A DNA stretch of 64,000 nt from Treponemataceae bacterium (GTDB lineage Bacteria; Spirochaetota; Spirochaetia; Treponematales; Rectinemataceae): assembly GCA_963667725.2 (NCBI GenBank), contig CAXXHO010000003.1:448001-512000 (forward strand). The letters run 5' to 3'. A program made the translations under genes and the position numbers. Under the pieces are notes generated by a model. It worked only from the letters and a program-made list of their open reading frames with translations, was not told where the DNA came from and searched no databases. Positions 19,314-29,386 of the stretch are shown here, in pieces (the stretch's first letter is position 1; every line of letters begins with the position of its first letter).

Positions 19314-20981
19314 ATGAGTGAAAGCGAAAAACTCGAGAAAGCGCTCCAGGACTGGAACGCCAAAGTCGAGAAGTCCATCGCCAAATATCCTGAAAGGAAG
19401 GCCGCGTTCGTCACAGGCTCCAATAGTCCCGTCAGGCGTATTTATACGCCAATCGATGTCGGGAATAAGGATAAACTTGAGACGGTCGGCCTGCCTGGAG
19501 AGTTCCCCTATACCAGAGGCGTCCAGTCGACCATGTATCGCGGACGTCTTTGGACCATGAGGCAGTACGCGGGTTTCGGCAACGCCGAAGAATCCAACGC
19601 CCGCTACAAGTTCCTCCTCGCTCAGGGACAGACGGGTCTGTCCATCGCCTTCGACCTTCCTACCCAGATCGGCTACGATTCGGATCATCCGCTCGCCGCC
19701 GGCGAGGTGGGCAAGGTAGGCGTGGCGATCGACTCCCTGGAGGACATGGAAACCCTTTTCGGCGGCATTCCGCTGGACAAGGTTTCCACGAGCATGACCA
19801 TCAACGCTCCCGCCTCTGTCCTCCTCGCGATGTACATCGCCGTGGCCGAAAAGCAGGGCGTGTCGGCCGGCAAGCTCGACGGCACGATCCAGAACGACAT
19901 CCTCAAGGAATACGTCGCCCGCGGCACCTATATCTTCCCGCCGACGCCTTCCATGAGGCTCATCACCGACATTTTTTCCTATTGTTCGAAAGAGGTACCT
20001 AGCTGGAATACGATTTCCATCTCCGGCTACCATATCCGCGAGGCGGGCGCCACCGCCGTCCAGGAAGTGGCCTTCACCCTGGCCGACGGCATCGCCTATG
20101 TCGACGCGGCCATCAAGGCCGGCCTCGACGTGGATGAGTTCGCGCCTCGCCTTTCCTTCTTCTTCAACGCGCACAACGATCTTTTCGAGGAAGCGGCCAA
20201 GTTTCGCGCGGCCCGCCGCGTCTGGGCCCATATCATGAAAGAACGTTTCGGCGCCAAGAACCCCAAGAGCCTCATGCTGCGCTTCCATACGCAGACGGCG
20301 GGCTCGACGCTCACGGCGCAGCAGCCAGAAAACAATGTCGTGCGCGTCACGATCCAGGCGCTCGCGGCCGTGCTCGGCGGAACCCAGTCCCTGCACACGA
20401 ATTCAAGGGATGAGGCCCTCGCCCTGCCGACCGAGGCTTCCGTGCGAATAGCGCTCAGGACCCAGCAGATCCTCGCTTACGAGTCAGGCGTCGCCGAGAC
20501 GCCAGACCCGCTGGCCGGTTCCTACTACGTGGAAACCCTCACCGATTCGATCGAGGAGGGCGTCCTCGCCTACATCAAGCGCATCGACGATCTGGGCGGA
20601 GCGGTCAAGGCCATCGAGCAGGGCTACATCCAGCAGGAAATCCAGGATTCGGCCTATGCATGGCAGATGGATGTCGAGAAGAATGAGCGCGTGGTGGTCG
20701 GGCTCAACAAGTTCCAGGTGAAGGAAGGTCCGCCCAAGGGACTCCTGCGCGTGGATCCCGCGGTCGGCGAAAATCAGGTCGCGAAGCTGCGGGCCCTTAG
20801 GGCACGTCGCGATAACGCGGCCGTCACGGCGGCGCTGGAAGCCCTGAAAGTCGCCGCGATGGGCTCGGACAATCTCATGCCTTACATCCTTACCGCGGTC
20901 AAGACCTACGCGACATTGGGTGAAGTCTGCGATGTGCTGAGGGGCGTCTTCGGCGAATATCGCCCCAGCGTCATGTTCTAA
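19314..20981 (+). CDS. Methylmalonyl-CoA mutase, large (substrate-binding) subunit
   Basis: [39 protein letters not shown]. Confidence 0.95.
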   Translation: MSESEKLEKALQDWNAKVEKSIAKYPERKAAFVTGSNSPVRRIYTPIDVGNKDKLETVGLPGEFPYTRGVQSTMYRGRLWTMRQYAGFGNAEESNARYKFLLAQGQTGLSIAFDLPTQIGYDSDHPLAAGEVGKVGVAIDSLEDMETLFGGIPLDKVSTSMTINAPASVLLAMYIAVAEKQGVSAGKLDGTIQNDILKEYVARGTYIFPPTPSMRLITDIFSYCSKEVPSWNTISISGYHIREAGATAVQEVAFTLADGIAYVDAAIKAGLDVDEFAPRLSFFFNAHNDLFEEAAKFRAARRVWAHIMKERFGAKNPKSLMLRFHTQTAGSTLTAQQPENNVVRVTIQALAAVLGGTQSLHTNSRDEALALPTEASVRIALRTQQILAYESGVAETPDPLAGSYYVETLTDSIEEGVLAYIKRIDDLGGAVKAIEQGYIQQEIQDSAYAWQMDVEKNERVVVGLNKFQVKEGPPKGLLRVDPAVGENQVAKLRALRARRDNAAVTAALEALKVAAMGSDNLMPYILTAVKTYATLGEVCDVLRGVFGEYRPSVMF

Positions 20982-20997
20982 TCGAGGGAGTCACAGC

Positions 20998-21396
20998 ATG
21001 GAACGTAAAATACGCGTTATCGTCGCGAAACCCGGCCTCGATGGCCATGACAGGGGCGCCAAGGTCATAGCCCGAGCCCTGCGCGACGCGGGCATGGAAG
21101 TAATCTATACAGGACTGCGCCAGACTCCCGAACAGATCGTCCAGGCGGCCATTCAGGAAGATGCCGACGTGATCGCCCTCTCCATTCTTTCGGGGGCGCA
21201 CAACCATCTCTTCCCCCGCGTCGTGGACCTGCTCAAGGAAAAGGGCGCCGATGACATTCTCGTGTTCGGAGGCGGCGTCATACCCGAGGAGGACATTCCT
21301 TTCCTCAAATCCAAGGGCATCGCGGAAGTCTTCGGACCGGGCACGCCCACTTCGGTGACCGTGGATTTCATCAAGACACATCTAAAAAGAGAGTAG
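20998..21396 (+). CDS. Methylmalonyl-CoA mutase, B12-binding small subunit
   Basis: [12 protein letters not shown] (DxHxxG), GGVIP, FGPGT. Confidence 0.95.
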   Translation: MERKIRVIVAKPGLDGHDRGAKVIARALRDAGMEVIYTGLRQTPEQIVQAAIQEDADVIALSILSGAHNHLFPRVVDLLKEKGADDILVFGGGVIPEEDIPFLKSKGIAEVFGPGTPTSVTVDFIKTHLKRE

Positions 21397-21405
21397 CGTC
21401 CATAC

Positions 21406-22473
21406 ATGATTGATACCCTCGCGCGCCGCTGCCTCGATGGCGACCTGCGTGCCGTGGCGAGGCTGATAAGCCTGCTCGAGGACGGCGACAAGGATGCTTT
21501 CGGCACTCTCGCCGCCCTCAAACAGCGCTCTGGCCAAGCCCACGTCATAGGCATAACGGGTCCCCCAGGCTCGGGCAAAAGCACATTGACGGACAAGCTC
21601 ATCGGCGAATTCCGCGCGAGCGGGAAGAAAGTGGGCGTCATCGCCGTCGACCCGTCGAGCCCCTTCTCCGGCGGCGCCATCCTGGGCGACCGTCTGCGCA
21701 TGCAGGAGCACGCGACCGATCCCGGCGTTTTCATACGCAGTCTCGCCTCGCGGGGCCGCCTCGGCGGTCTCTCGAAGGCGACGGCCTTCGCCCTGCGCGC
21801 CCTGGAAGCCGCCGGCTACGATATCGTGATCATCGAAACGGTAGGCGTAGGCCAGTCGGAGATCGATATAGTCAAGGTGGCCGATACGGTAGTCCTCATC
21901 TCCGTTCCAGGCTTGGGTGACGATATACAGGTCATCAAGGCGGGAATCATGGAGATAGGCGACATCTTCGTCGTGAACAAATCGGACAGGGATGGAGCCG
22001 ACAGGGTAGTGAGGGAAATACGCGCCATGCTTGAAACCCAGGCGATGCTAAAGCGGGGAAGAAGCGTGGATGCGGGCCCTGACACATTATCCGCGAGAAA
22101 CGCGGAAATTCTGCATCATGGCCAGAATGACCTCCGCCCCGAAACCATGCCCGATAGGGCTGATCCCTTCGACCTGCCTCCCGTGATGAAGACGATAGCC
22201 GAGACAGGGGAGGGCGTGCCCGAGCTCTGCCGGGAAATCCTTTCGCGTTTCGAAGACGCGAAGGCTTCAGGTGAACTCGAAAAAAGACGCCAGGCTTCCA
22301 TTAAATCCCAGCTTAAGGATCTGGTCGGATGGCAGGTCATGGACTATTTCGTCGATCATGAGGAAAACGGCCGCCTGGACAACCTGGCGCGGGCCATCCT
22401 CACCAGGGAGATCGACATCTATACCGCGGCGCGGGAACTTTTTTCCGCGCTCATCAAAGGAGAAAGACAATGA
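21406..22473 (+). CDS. meaB: Mutase-associated GTPase MeaB
   Basis: GPPGSGKST, AVDPSSPFSGGAILGDR, ETVGVGQSE, NKSD. Confidence 0.95.
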   Translation: MIDTLARRCLDGDLRAVARLISLLEDGDKDAFGTLAALKQRSGQAHVIGITGPPGSGKSTLTDKLIGEFRASGKKVGVIAVDPSSPFSGGAILGDRLRMQEHATDPGVFIRSLASRGRLGGLSKATAFALRALEAAGYDIVIIETVGVGQSEIDIVKVADTVVLISVPGLGDDIQVIKAGIMEIGDIFVVNKSDRDGADRVVREIRAMLETQAMLKRGRSVDAGPDTLSARNAEILHHGQNDLRPETMPDRADPFDLPPVMKTIAETGEGVPELCREILSRFEDAKASGELEKRRQASIKSQLKDLVGWQVMDYFVDHEENGRLDNLARAILTREIDIYTAARELFSALIKGERQ

Positions 22474-22874
22474 AACTCGATAGACTGGATCATATCGGCA
22501 TCGCGGTGGAAAAGATCGACGAAGCGCTGCCATTCTGGGAAGGGATTCTGGGACTCCCTCTCCACGGCACCGAGGAAGTGCAGGAACAGAAAGTGCGCAC
22601 CGCCTTTCTTCCTCTTGGCGAGTCCGAGATTGAGCTTCTGGAATCCCTGGACCCGGAGGGACCCATCGGTAAATTCATCGCCGCTAAGGGGCAGGGCATA
22701 CAGCATATCGCTTTCAGGGTGGATGACATAGAAGCCGCGCTTGCCGAACTGAAAGAAAAGGGAGTTCGCCTGATAGACCAGGCTCCGCGCTATGGCGCCG
22801 GCGGAGCGAAGATCGCATTCCTTCATCCTAAAGCCACGGGCGGCGTACTGATCGAACTCTGTGAGAGGAAATAA
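22470..22874 (+). CDS. mce: Methylmalonyl-CoA epimerase
   Basis: DHIGIAV, IELLE, HIAFRVDD, FLHPKATGGVLIEL. Confidence 0.95.
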   Translation: MKLDRLDHIGIAVEKIDEALPFWEGILGLPLHGTEEVQEQKVRTAFLPLGESEIELLESLDPEGPIGKFIAAKGQGIQHIAFRVDDIEAALAELKEKGVRLIDQAPRYGAGGAKIAFLHPKATGGVLIELCERK

Positions 22875-23114
22875 TAAAGGTTGGCTTGGTTTATATAATC
22901 TATATATATAAAGTATAATATATATAATACACTTTATCATTTTATATTATTATATATAGATATTAATATATATTACTGAATTTTAAGGTGTAGATATTTT
23001 TTTTATCAGGTACTATACTGATTCTCGGTACTTTATCAATCAATAGCTCTCCCGGACTGCTTTAAATGGATACGCGACAGCCCGGCGGGCAAATGCAAGG
23101 ATGGTCGGCGCATT

Positions 23115-24659
23115 ATGGATGAAAAGCTTAAAGAGCTTGAAGAGCGGCGCGCCAAGGTGCTTGCGGGCGGTGGCCCAAAGCGCATTGCGGCCCAGCACGC
23201 GAAAGGCAAGAAGACTGCAAGAGAAAGGATAGAGGCTCTTCTTGACCGGGGATCCTTTGTCGAATTGGATGCTTTTGTCGAGCATCGCTGCACCGATCTG
23301 GGAATGGACGAAGTTCAAGCTCCCGGGGAAGGTGTGGTGATCGGTTACGGAACCATCAACGGCAGAACCGTCTATGTGTTCGCCCAGGATTTTACCGTCA
23401 TCGGCGGTTCCCTTGGCGAGATGCACGCGGCAAAAATCTGCAAAGCCATGGATATGGCGGTAAAAGTCGGTTGCCCCTGCATCGGGATCAACGATTCCGG
23501 CGGAGCGAGAATCCAGGAAGGCGTCGACGCCCTCTCCGGATACGGCGATATTTTCTACCGCAACACTCTTGCTTCTGGGGTAGTTCCGCAGATCTCCGTC
23601 ATAATGGGACCCTGCGCGGGCGGCGCCGTCTATTCCCCAGCTCTCACGGATTTCGTCTTCATGACGGAAGGCTCCTCGAACATGTTCATCACCGGTCCCC
23701 AGGTTATAAAGGCCGTAACCGGCGAAGACGTCTCGGCGGAAGACCTCGGTGGCGCCCGTGTCCATACCGAAGTTTCGGGCGTATCCCAGTTCCGCTTCAA
23801 GGACGAGGACTCGACCATCGAAGGCATAAGGAAACTCCTCTCCTTCCTGCCCCAGAACAACATCGAAGACGTGCCCCTCGTAAAGAACGGCGACGAACCG
23901 TTCAGGGCAGATCCCGAACTCGCCAATATCATGCCCGATTCGCCCAACAAACCCTACGATGTCCGCAGTGTCATTGAACGCGTTGTCGACCTGGGCGACT
24001 ACCTTGAGGCTCAGCCCGATTATGCCAAGAATATCGTCACCTGCTTTGCCCGCCTTGGAGGCAGATCGGTAGGCATCATCGCCAACCAGCCCGCCGTCAT
24101 GGCCGGCGTTCTCGATATCAACGCTTCGGACAAAGCCTCGCGCTTCATCCGTTTCTGCGACTCCTTTAACATTCCCCTCGTGACCTTCACCGACACCGCG
24201 GGGTACCTCCCGGGCGTGGGACAGGAACACGGCGGCGTGATAAGGCACGGAGCCAAGCTCCTCTACGCCTATTCTGAAGCCACCGTCCCGAAGCTGACCG
24301 TCATCCTGAGGAAAGCATACGGCGGCGCCTACATCGCCATGTGCTCTCGCCATCTTGGAGCCGATCAGGTTCTGGCTTGGCCCACGGCGGAAATCGCCGT
24401 CATGGGACCCGACGGCGCGGCCAACATCATCTTCAAGAAAGAAATTGAAGAAGCTGCCGATCCCGTCGCGGCCAGGAAGGAAAAAATCGCCGAGTACAAG
24501 ACAAGCTTCGCCAACCCCTATAAAGCGGCGGTGCGCGGCTACGTCGACGACGTGATCGATCCGGCCCAGACCAGAGCCCGGCTCTGCTCGGCGCTCACCA
24601 TGCTGCTCGGCAAACGGCAGACGCTCCCCGCGCGCAAGCACGGGAACATGCCCGTCTGA
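23115..24659 (+). CDS. mmdA: Methylmalonyl-CoA decarboxylase alpha subunit (carboxyltransferase)
   Basis: [46 protein letters not shown]. Confidence 0.93.
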   Translation: MDEKLKELEERRAKVLAGGGPKRIAAQHAKGKKTARERIEALLDRGSFVELDAFVEHRCTDLGMDEVQAPGEGVVIGYGTINGRTVYVFAQDFTVIGGSLGEMHAAKICKAMDMAVKVGCPCIGINDSGGARIQEGVDALSGYGDIFYRNTLASGVVPQISVIMGPCAGGAVYSPALTDFVFMTEGSSNMFITGPQVIKAVTGEDVSAEDLGGARVHTEVSGVSQFRFKDEDSTIEGIRKLLSFLPQNNIEDVPLVKNGDEPFRADPELANIMPDSPNKPYDVRSVIERVVDLGDYLEAQPDYAKNIVTCFARLGGRSVGIIANQPAVMAGVLDINASDKASRFIRFCDSFNIPLVTFTDTAGYLPGVGQEHGGVIRHGAKLLYAYSEATVPKLTVILRKAYGGAYIAMCSRHLGADQVLAWPTAEIAVMGPDGAANIIFKKEIEEAADPVAARKEKIAEYKTSFANPYKAAVRGYVDDVIDPAQTRARLCSALTMLLGKRQTLPARKHGNMPV

Positions 24660-24673
24660 CAGGGAGAATAAGC

Positions 24674-25033
24674 ATGGACAATAAATGGATGATAATGCTT
24701 GCCGGAGTCGGCACTGTCTTCGTGGCGCTTATCGTAATCATCGTAATGCTTGCGATTTTTCATATGATTTTCGGAAAGCGCGCCGATAAAAAGCGGCCTA
24801 ATCTGGCGCCTCTTCCCGAAATCCACAGTCCTACCCCAGCGGTACAATCTTCCCCAACTCAGCCTTTACAAGCTGGCGGAGAACTTATAGCAGTGATTAT
24901 CGCCGCGATCTCTTCCGCTACCGGCAAGTCCCCTGCCGCATTCCAGATCAGCTCGATCAGCGCTTCATCGGAAACGGAGAGCGGTTTTAATACCCCAGTA
25001 TGGGGACAGATCGAGCGATTCGCTCGCAAATGA
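24674..25033 (+). CDS. mmdD: OadG/MmdD-family decarboxylase subunit
   Basis: N-terminal TM GVGTVFVAL, Pro-rich linker, ELIAVIIAAI. Confidence 0.85.
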   Translation: MDNKWMIMLAGVGTVFVALIVIIVMLAIFHMIFGKRADKKRPNLAPLPEIHSPTPAVQSSPTQPLQAGGELIAVIIAAISSATGKSPAAFQISSISASSETESGFNTPVWGQIERFARK

Positions 25034-25053
25034 GCACAACAAGGAGAATAGCA

Positions 25054-25458
25054 ATGAAACAGTATAAGGTCACCGTAAATGGTCAGAGCTACGATGTGAG
25101 CGTTGAGGAAGTCGGCGCCGCCGGATATTCCGCCCCAAGGGCAGCCGCACCCGCAGCCCCTGTCGCTCCTGCGCCAGTAGCGGCCGCCGCGCCTGCGGCC
25201 GTCCCCGCCGCGGCCCCCGCCGCCGCATACGTTCCCGCAGCAGGAGCAATCACCGTCAAATCGCCGATGCCTGGTACCGTCATGTCCTTCAAGGTAACCG
25301 TCGGCCAGGAAGTGAAGCGCGGGGACGTACTCCTCATCCTCGAAGCCATGAAAATGGAAAACGAGATTGTGGCTCCTCAGGCAGGCAAAGTCGCCGCTCT
25401 CAGGGTCCCCGTCAGCGCTTCCGTCAATACCGGCGATCCGCTCGTCGATCTCGCCTAA
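25054..25458 (+). CDS. mmdC: Biotin carrier subunit
   Basis: Ala/Pro linker, SPMPG, LEAMKMENEI. Confidence 0.93.
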   Translation: MKQYKVTVNGQSYDVSVEEVGAAGYSAPRAAAPAAPVAPAPVAAAAPAAVPAAAPAAAYVPAAGAITVKSPMPGTVMSFKVTVGQEVKRGDVLLILEAMKMENEIVAPQAGKVAALRVPVSASVNTGDPLVDLA

Positions 25459-25473
25459 AGGGGAGGCGTCCCC

Positions 25474-26604
25474 ATGCTTGAATTTTTGACAGAATTCGTT
25501 CAGTCGACCGGATTCGCCAATATTGACCTCGGCCAGCTTTTAATGCTGGTGGTTAGTTGCGTTTTACTCTACCTGGGAATCTACAGGAAATATGAGCCGC
25601 TTCTCCTGATTCCGATAGCCTTTGGTATGCTTCTGGCAAATCTGCCTCTCTCCGGCATTACCGACGGACCAATAGGGGACCAGCCTGGCGGACTCATATA
25701 TTATCTCTACCAGGGCGTCAAGCTCGGTATCTATCCGCCGCTTATCTTTCTTGGCATAGGCGCGATGACCGATTTTGGACCGCTCATCGCGAATCCAGCC
25801 AGCCTCCTCCTCGGCGCCGCCGCGCAGATTGGCATTTTCATCCCCTTCATTCTCGCAACCTTTCTCGGCTTCGATCTCAAGGCCGCGGCGAGCATCGGGA
25901 TAATCGGCGGAGCCGACGGCCCAACCGCCATATTCCTCACCTCGCGGCTCAGGCCGGACATGCTGGGACCTATCGCGATAGCGGCCTACTCCTATATGGC
26001 TCTTGTGCCCCTTATTCAGCCTCCCATCATGAGAGCGCTTACGACGCCTAAAGAAAGGGCCGTGAAGATGGCCCAGCTGCGCGAAGTCACGAAGACCGAG
26101 AAGATTGTATTTCCGATCGCTGTCACGATTTTCGTTGGTCTTCTGCTTCCGGCAGCCGTTCCCTTGGTTGGCTCACTGATGTTGGGCAATCTTTTCAAGG
26201 AATCTGGATCGACGGATAGACTGTCGGCTACCGCTCAGCATGAACTGATCAACGTGCTGACGATCTTTCTCGGCGTCGCTGTCGGTTCTACCGCCACGGC
26301 GGCACGTTTCCTCAATCCGGAAACTTTGAAGATAATCGTCCTTGGACTTTTTGCCTTCTCCTGCGGAACCGCAGGCGGTATCCTCTTCGGAAAATTGATG
26401 TATCTGGTGACGGGAGGAAAAGTGAATCCTCTCATCGGTTCAGCCGGTGTATCGGCGGTTCCGATGGCCGCGCGCGTATCCCAGGTGGTCGGCGCTGAAA
26501 CCGACCCGACGAATTTCCTTCTGATGCATGCTATGGGACCTAACGTCTCTGGCGTCATAGGATCGGCGGTAGCTGCTGGAGTCCTTCTATCCATTCTGGG
26601 ATAG
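25474..26604 (+). CDS. mmdB: Na+-translocating decarboxylase beta subunit
   Basis: EPLLLIPIAFG, GIIGGADGPT, AYSYMALVP, SAVPMAARV, HAMGPNV. Confidence 0.95.
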   Translation: MLEFLTEFVQSTGFANIDLGQLLMLVVSCVLLYLGIYRKYEPLLLIPIAFGMLLANLPLSGITDGPIGDQPGGLIYYLYQGVKLGIYPPLIFLGIGAMTDFGPLIANPASLLLGAAAQIGIFIPFILATFLGFDLKAAASIGIIGGADGPTAIFLTSRLRPDMLGPIAIAAYSYMALVPLIQPPIMRALTTPKERAVKMAQLREVTKTEKIVFPIAVTIFVGLLLPAAVPLVGSLMLGNLFKESGSTDRLSATAQHELINVLTIFLGVAVGSTATAARFLNPETLKIIVLGLFAFSCGTAGGILFGKLMYLVTGGKVNPLIGSAGVSAVPMAARVSQVVGAETDPTNFLLMHAMGPNVSGVIGSAVAAGVLLSILG

Positions 26605-26619
26605 GGAGGACAACAACGG

Positions 26620-26651
26620 AAAAGCGGCACCCGCAAGGTGCCGCTTTTTTT
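26620..26651 (+). terminator. Intrinsic terminator
   Basis: AAAAGCGGCACC-CGCAA-GGTGCCGCTTTTTT. Confidence 0.85.
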
Positions 26652-26815
26652 ATTCGCCCAGCATGAAGCAATCATTTTGATTCCAAACAATGAAACAGCC
26701 TGGAAAATCCGTGACGCATCTCTTTTCCGGCTCGCGTCGCTATGCTATAGTTTGCGGAATTCGGGTATAATTATGCATTTTGGATGGCTTCTTCATCCAT
26801 ATTTGGAGATTCTTG

Positions 26816-29254
26816 ATGAATGTGCTTAAATTCGGCGGCGCCTCGGTAGGAAGCGTGGAAGCGATCGAAAACCTAGTCGAGATAGTCCGAATGGAAAATG
26901 AAAAGATAATTGTCGTTTCGGCTTTCGCCGGCGTGACTGATGAATTAATCGCTGCCGCCAGGAATGCGGAGAAGAGAATAGAGTACCTGCCAATCCTGGA
27001 GAGGCTCCGTACTCGGCATCGCTCCGTGGCGGATCATTTTCTCAAGGATGCTTCGCTGAGCGCGGCATTATCTGAAGTTGACAGATGCTTGTTGGAATTG
27101 AACGATCTGCTTCGGGGCATCGAGCTTTTAAGAGACCTGACAAAGCGAAGCCTGGATCAGATAATGAGCATAGGCGAACGTCTCTCGGCGGCAATGGTCG
27201 CCCGCATACTTACGGCCAGCGACATTCAGGCACAGTTTGTCGATGCGCGCGGGATGATCAAGACCGACGCGAATTTCGGCTCGGCTCGCTATATCGAAAC
27301 CGAGACCCGCAGATTGGTCACGGCCCAGCTGTCGGCTCTTGAAACTGCGGCTGTCATCCCCGGATTCATAGGCTCCACTATAGACGGTTTCACCACGACC
27401 TTCGGAAGGGGAGGCTCCGATTTTACCGCCAGTATTCTGGGTTCATGCCTGGGTGCAGGCGAGATAAGGATATGGTCTGATATCGACGGCATGCTCACTG
27501 CCGATCCGCGGCTGGTGGCCGACGCTTTCCCCATACGGGAGATTTCCTATGAGGAAGCCCTTGAAATGACGCATTTCGGGGCACACGTCATTAATCCATT
27601 AGCTCTTCTCCCCGCTATGGCTACGGGGACTCCTATAAGGATACTGAACGCTTTCAATACATCAGGGAAGGGTACCCTTATCGTAAAACAGGCGGGGGAA
27701 AGTAGCTATCCCGTCAGAGGCCTCGCTTCCATTGCGTCAGTCAGCCTGCTCAGCATCCGCGGTCTAGGGATGCCGGGTGTCACAGGCATTGCGGGCAGGA
27801 TGTTCAGCGCGCTCGCGGGCAGCAAAATCAACGTCATCCTTATCACTCAGGCCTCGAGCGAGCTTTCCATATGCTGTGCTGTAGATCCCGAAGACGCAGC
27901 CGAAGGCCGGAGGGCTCTCAGAGAGGAGTTTTCGGTCGAAATCGCAGCCGGTTTCATTGGAGAGCCTTCCATAGAGAACGAACTCTGCGTCATCGCCGTC
28001 GTGGGCGAGCAGATGAAACAGAAAACGGGCATCGCTGGAAGAGTTTTTTCGGCCCTGGGAAGGAATGGCGTGAATGTCGTTGCTATCGCACAAGGTTCTT
28101 CAGAGCTGAACATCTCAATCGTAACCTCAGCCCAGAACAAGGCAAAGGCCCTGAACGTCATCCACGATTCATTCTTCCTCGCCGGGATCAGGACAGTCAA
28201 CCTCTTCATGGTCGGCACTGGCCTGATTGGCGGGACCCTCCTCGCCCAGATCGCCGACCAGAGAGAGCGGCTCCTAAGGGAACATTCCATACGGATTAAC
28301 CTTGTTGGGCTCGCCAATTCCAAGAAAATGCTCATCGACCCGAGGGGCATCGACGAGACCAGCTGGAAGAAAAGTCTTTCAGAGGGAAGGACAGCCGATT
28401 TCGGCCGCTACCTGGATGCGATCAAAGCTCTTAACCTGCCTTCGGCATGTTTCTGCGACTGCACGGCGAGCGAACTGCCGCCCGATCACTACAAGGAACT
28501 CTTTGAAGCCTCCATCTCCGTCGTTACGCCTAATAAACGCGCCAATGCAGGTCCCTTCGATCGCTATCTTGCCCTGAAGGAAGCCGCCAGGCAGATGGAC
28601 GTCGTCTATGGCTATGAAACCACCGTAGGCGCCGGATTGCCTGTTATCGGAACCCTTCACGATCTTGTGGCTTGCGGAGACACCATCACCAGGATCGAAG
28701 CCGTCCTTTCCGGGACGATCAGTTTTATATTCAATCAGCTGGGCAAGGAGAAGAGTTTTTCCTCGCTTGTCCTCGAGGCAAAGATGAGGGGATACACCGA
28801 ACCAGATCCTCGCGACGATCTGGGCGCGGTGGATATCGCGAGAAAAACGCTCATCCTCATAAGGGAAGCGGGATTTCATCTCGATTACAAGGATATCGCC
28901 ATACAGCCTCTGCTTCCCGACAGCTTGACCAAAGCGCCCAGCGTTGCCCAATTTCTTTCCATGCTGCCTGAAGCTGATGCGATGATAGACGGTATGGCGA
29001 AGGAAGCTGCTGCGAGGGGAAAAGTCCTTCGGTACGTGGCGGCCATCCAGCCTGATTCGGCCGCGCTCTCATTGCAGGAATACGGCCCGGAAAGCCCCTT
29101 CTACAACCTCAGCGGCACCGACAATCTCGTCATGTTCACGACGGCCCGCTACTCGGCCAATCCGCTTGTCGTTCGGGGGCCAGGCGCGGGAGCCGCGGTC
29201 ACGGCTGGAGGCGTCTTCGCCGATATTTTGAAGACCGCCCAATCGTACCTCTAA
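26816..29254 (+). CDS. thrA: Bifunctional aspartokinase / homoserine dehydrogenase I
   Basis: KFGGASV, GRGGSD, two ACT domains, GTGLIGG, ETTVGAGLP, GYTEPDPRDDL, GPGAG. Confidence 0.95.
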   Translation: MNVLKFGGASVGSVEAIENLVEIVRMENEKIIVVSAFAGVTDELIAAARNAEKRIEYLPILERLRTRHRSVADHFLKDASLSAALSEVDRCLLELNDLLRGIELLRDLTKRSLDQIMSIGERLSAAMVARILTASDIQAQFVDARGMIKTDANFGSARYIETETRRLVTAQLSALETAAVIPGFIGSTIDGFTTTFGRGGSDFTASILGSCLGAGEIRIWSDIDGMLTADPRLVADAFPIREISYEEALEMTHFGAHVINPLALLPAMATGTPIRILNAFNTSGKGTLIVKQAGESSYPVRGLASIASVSLLSIRGLGMPGVTGIAGRMFSALAGSKINVILITQASSELSICCAVDPEDAAEGRRALREEFSVEIAAGFIGEPSIENELCVIAVVGEQMKQKTGIAGRVFSALGRNGVNVVAIAQGSSELNISIVTSAQNKAKALNVIHDSFFLAGIRTVNLFMVGTGLIGGTLLAQIADQRERLLREHSIRINLVGLANSKKMLIDPRGIDETSWKKSLSEGRTADFGRYLDAIKALNLPSACFCDCTASELPPDHYKELFEASISVVTPNKRANAGPFDRYLALKEAARQMDVVYGYETTVGAGLPVIGTLHDLVACGDTITRIEAVLSGTISFIFNQLGKEKSFSSLVLEAKMRGYTEPDPRDDLGAVDIARKTLILIREAGFHLDYKDIAIQPLLPDSLTKAPSVAQFLSMLPEADAMIDGMAKEAAARGKVLRYVAAIQPDSAALSLQEYGPESPFYNLSGTDNLVMFTTARYSANPLVVRGPGAGAAVTAGGVFADILKTAQSYL

Positions 29255-29299
29255 GAAGAGTATTCCACGGCAGGCGGCGAACTCGCGGCTGACATTGAG

Positions 29300-29345
29300 A
29301 AAAAAGGGGCTGTCCGGGAATTTTTCCCGGGCAGCCCCTTTTTTT
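29300..29345. terminator. Bidirectional intrinsic terminator
   Basis: A6-GGGGCTGTCCGGGAA...TTCCCGGGCAGCCCC-T7. Confidence 0.85.
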
Positions 29346-29386
29346 GCTTTCGCGTCTTCGCGCCCAAGGAGCGCGAAGACGAACCG

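Noticed and set aside
23040..24641. 533-aa antisense ORF (likewise 39700-41094, 19296-20396, 9246-10286 and other long shadow ORFs)
   Set aside because: Antisense shadows of well-supported GC-rich genes, with no motifs
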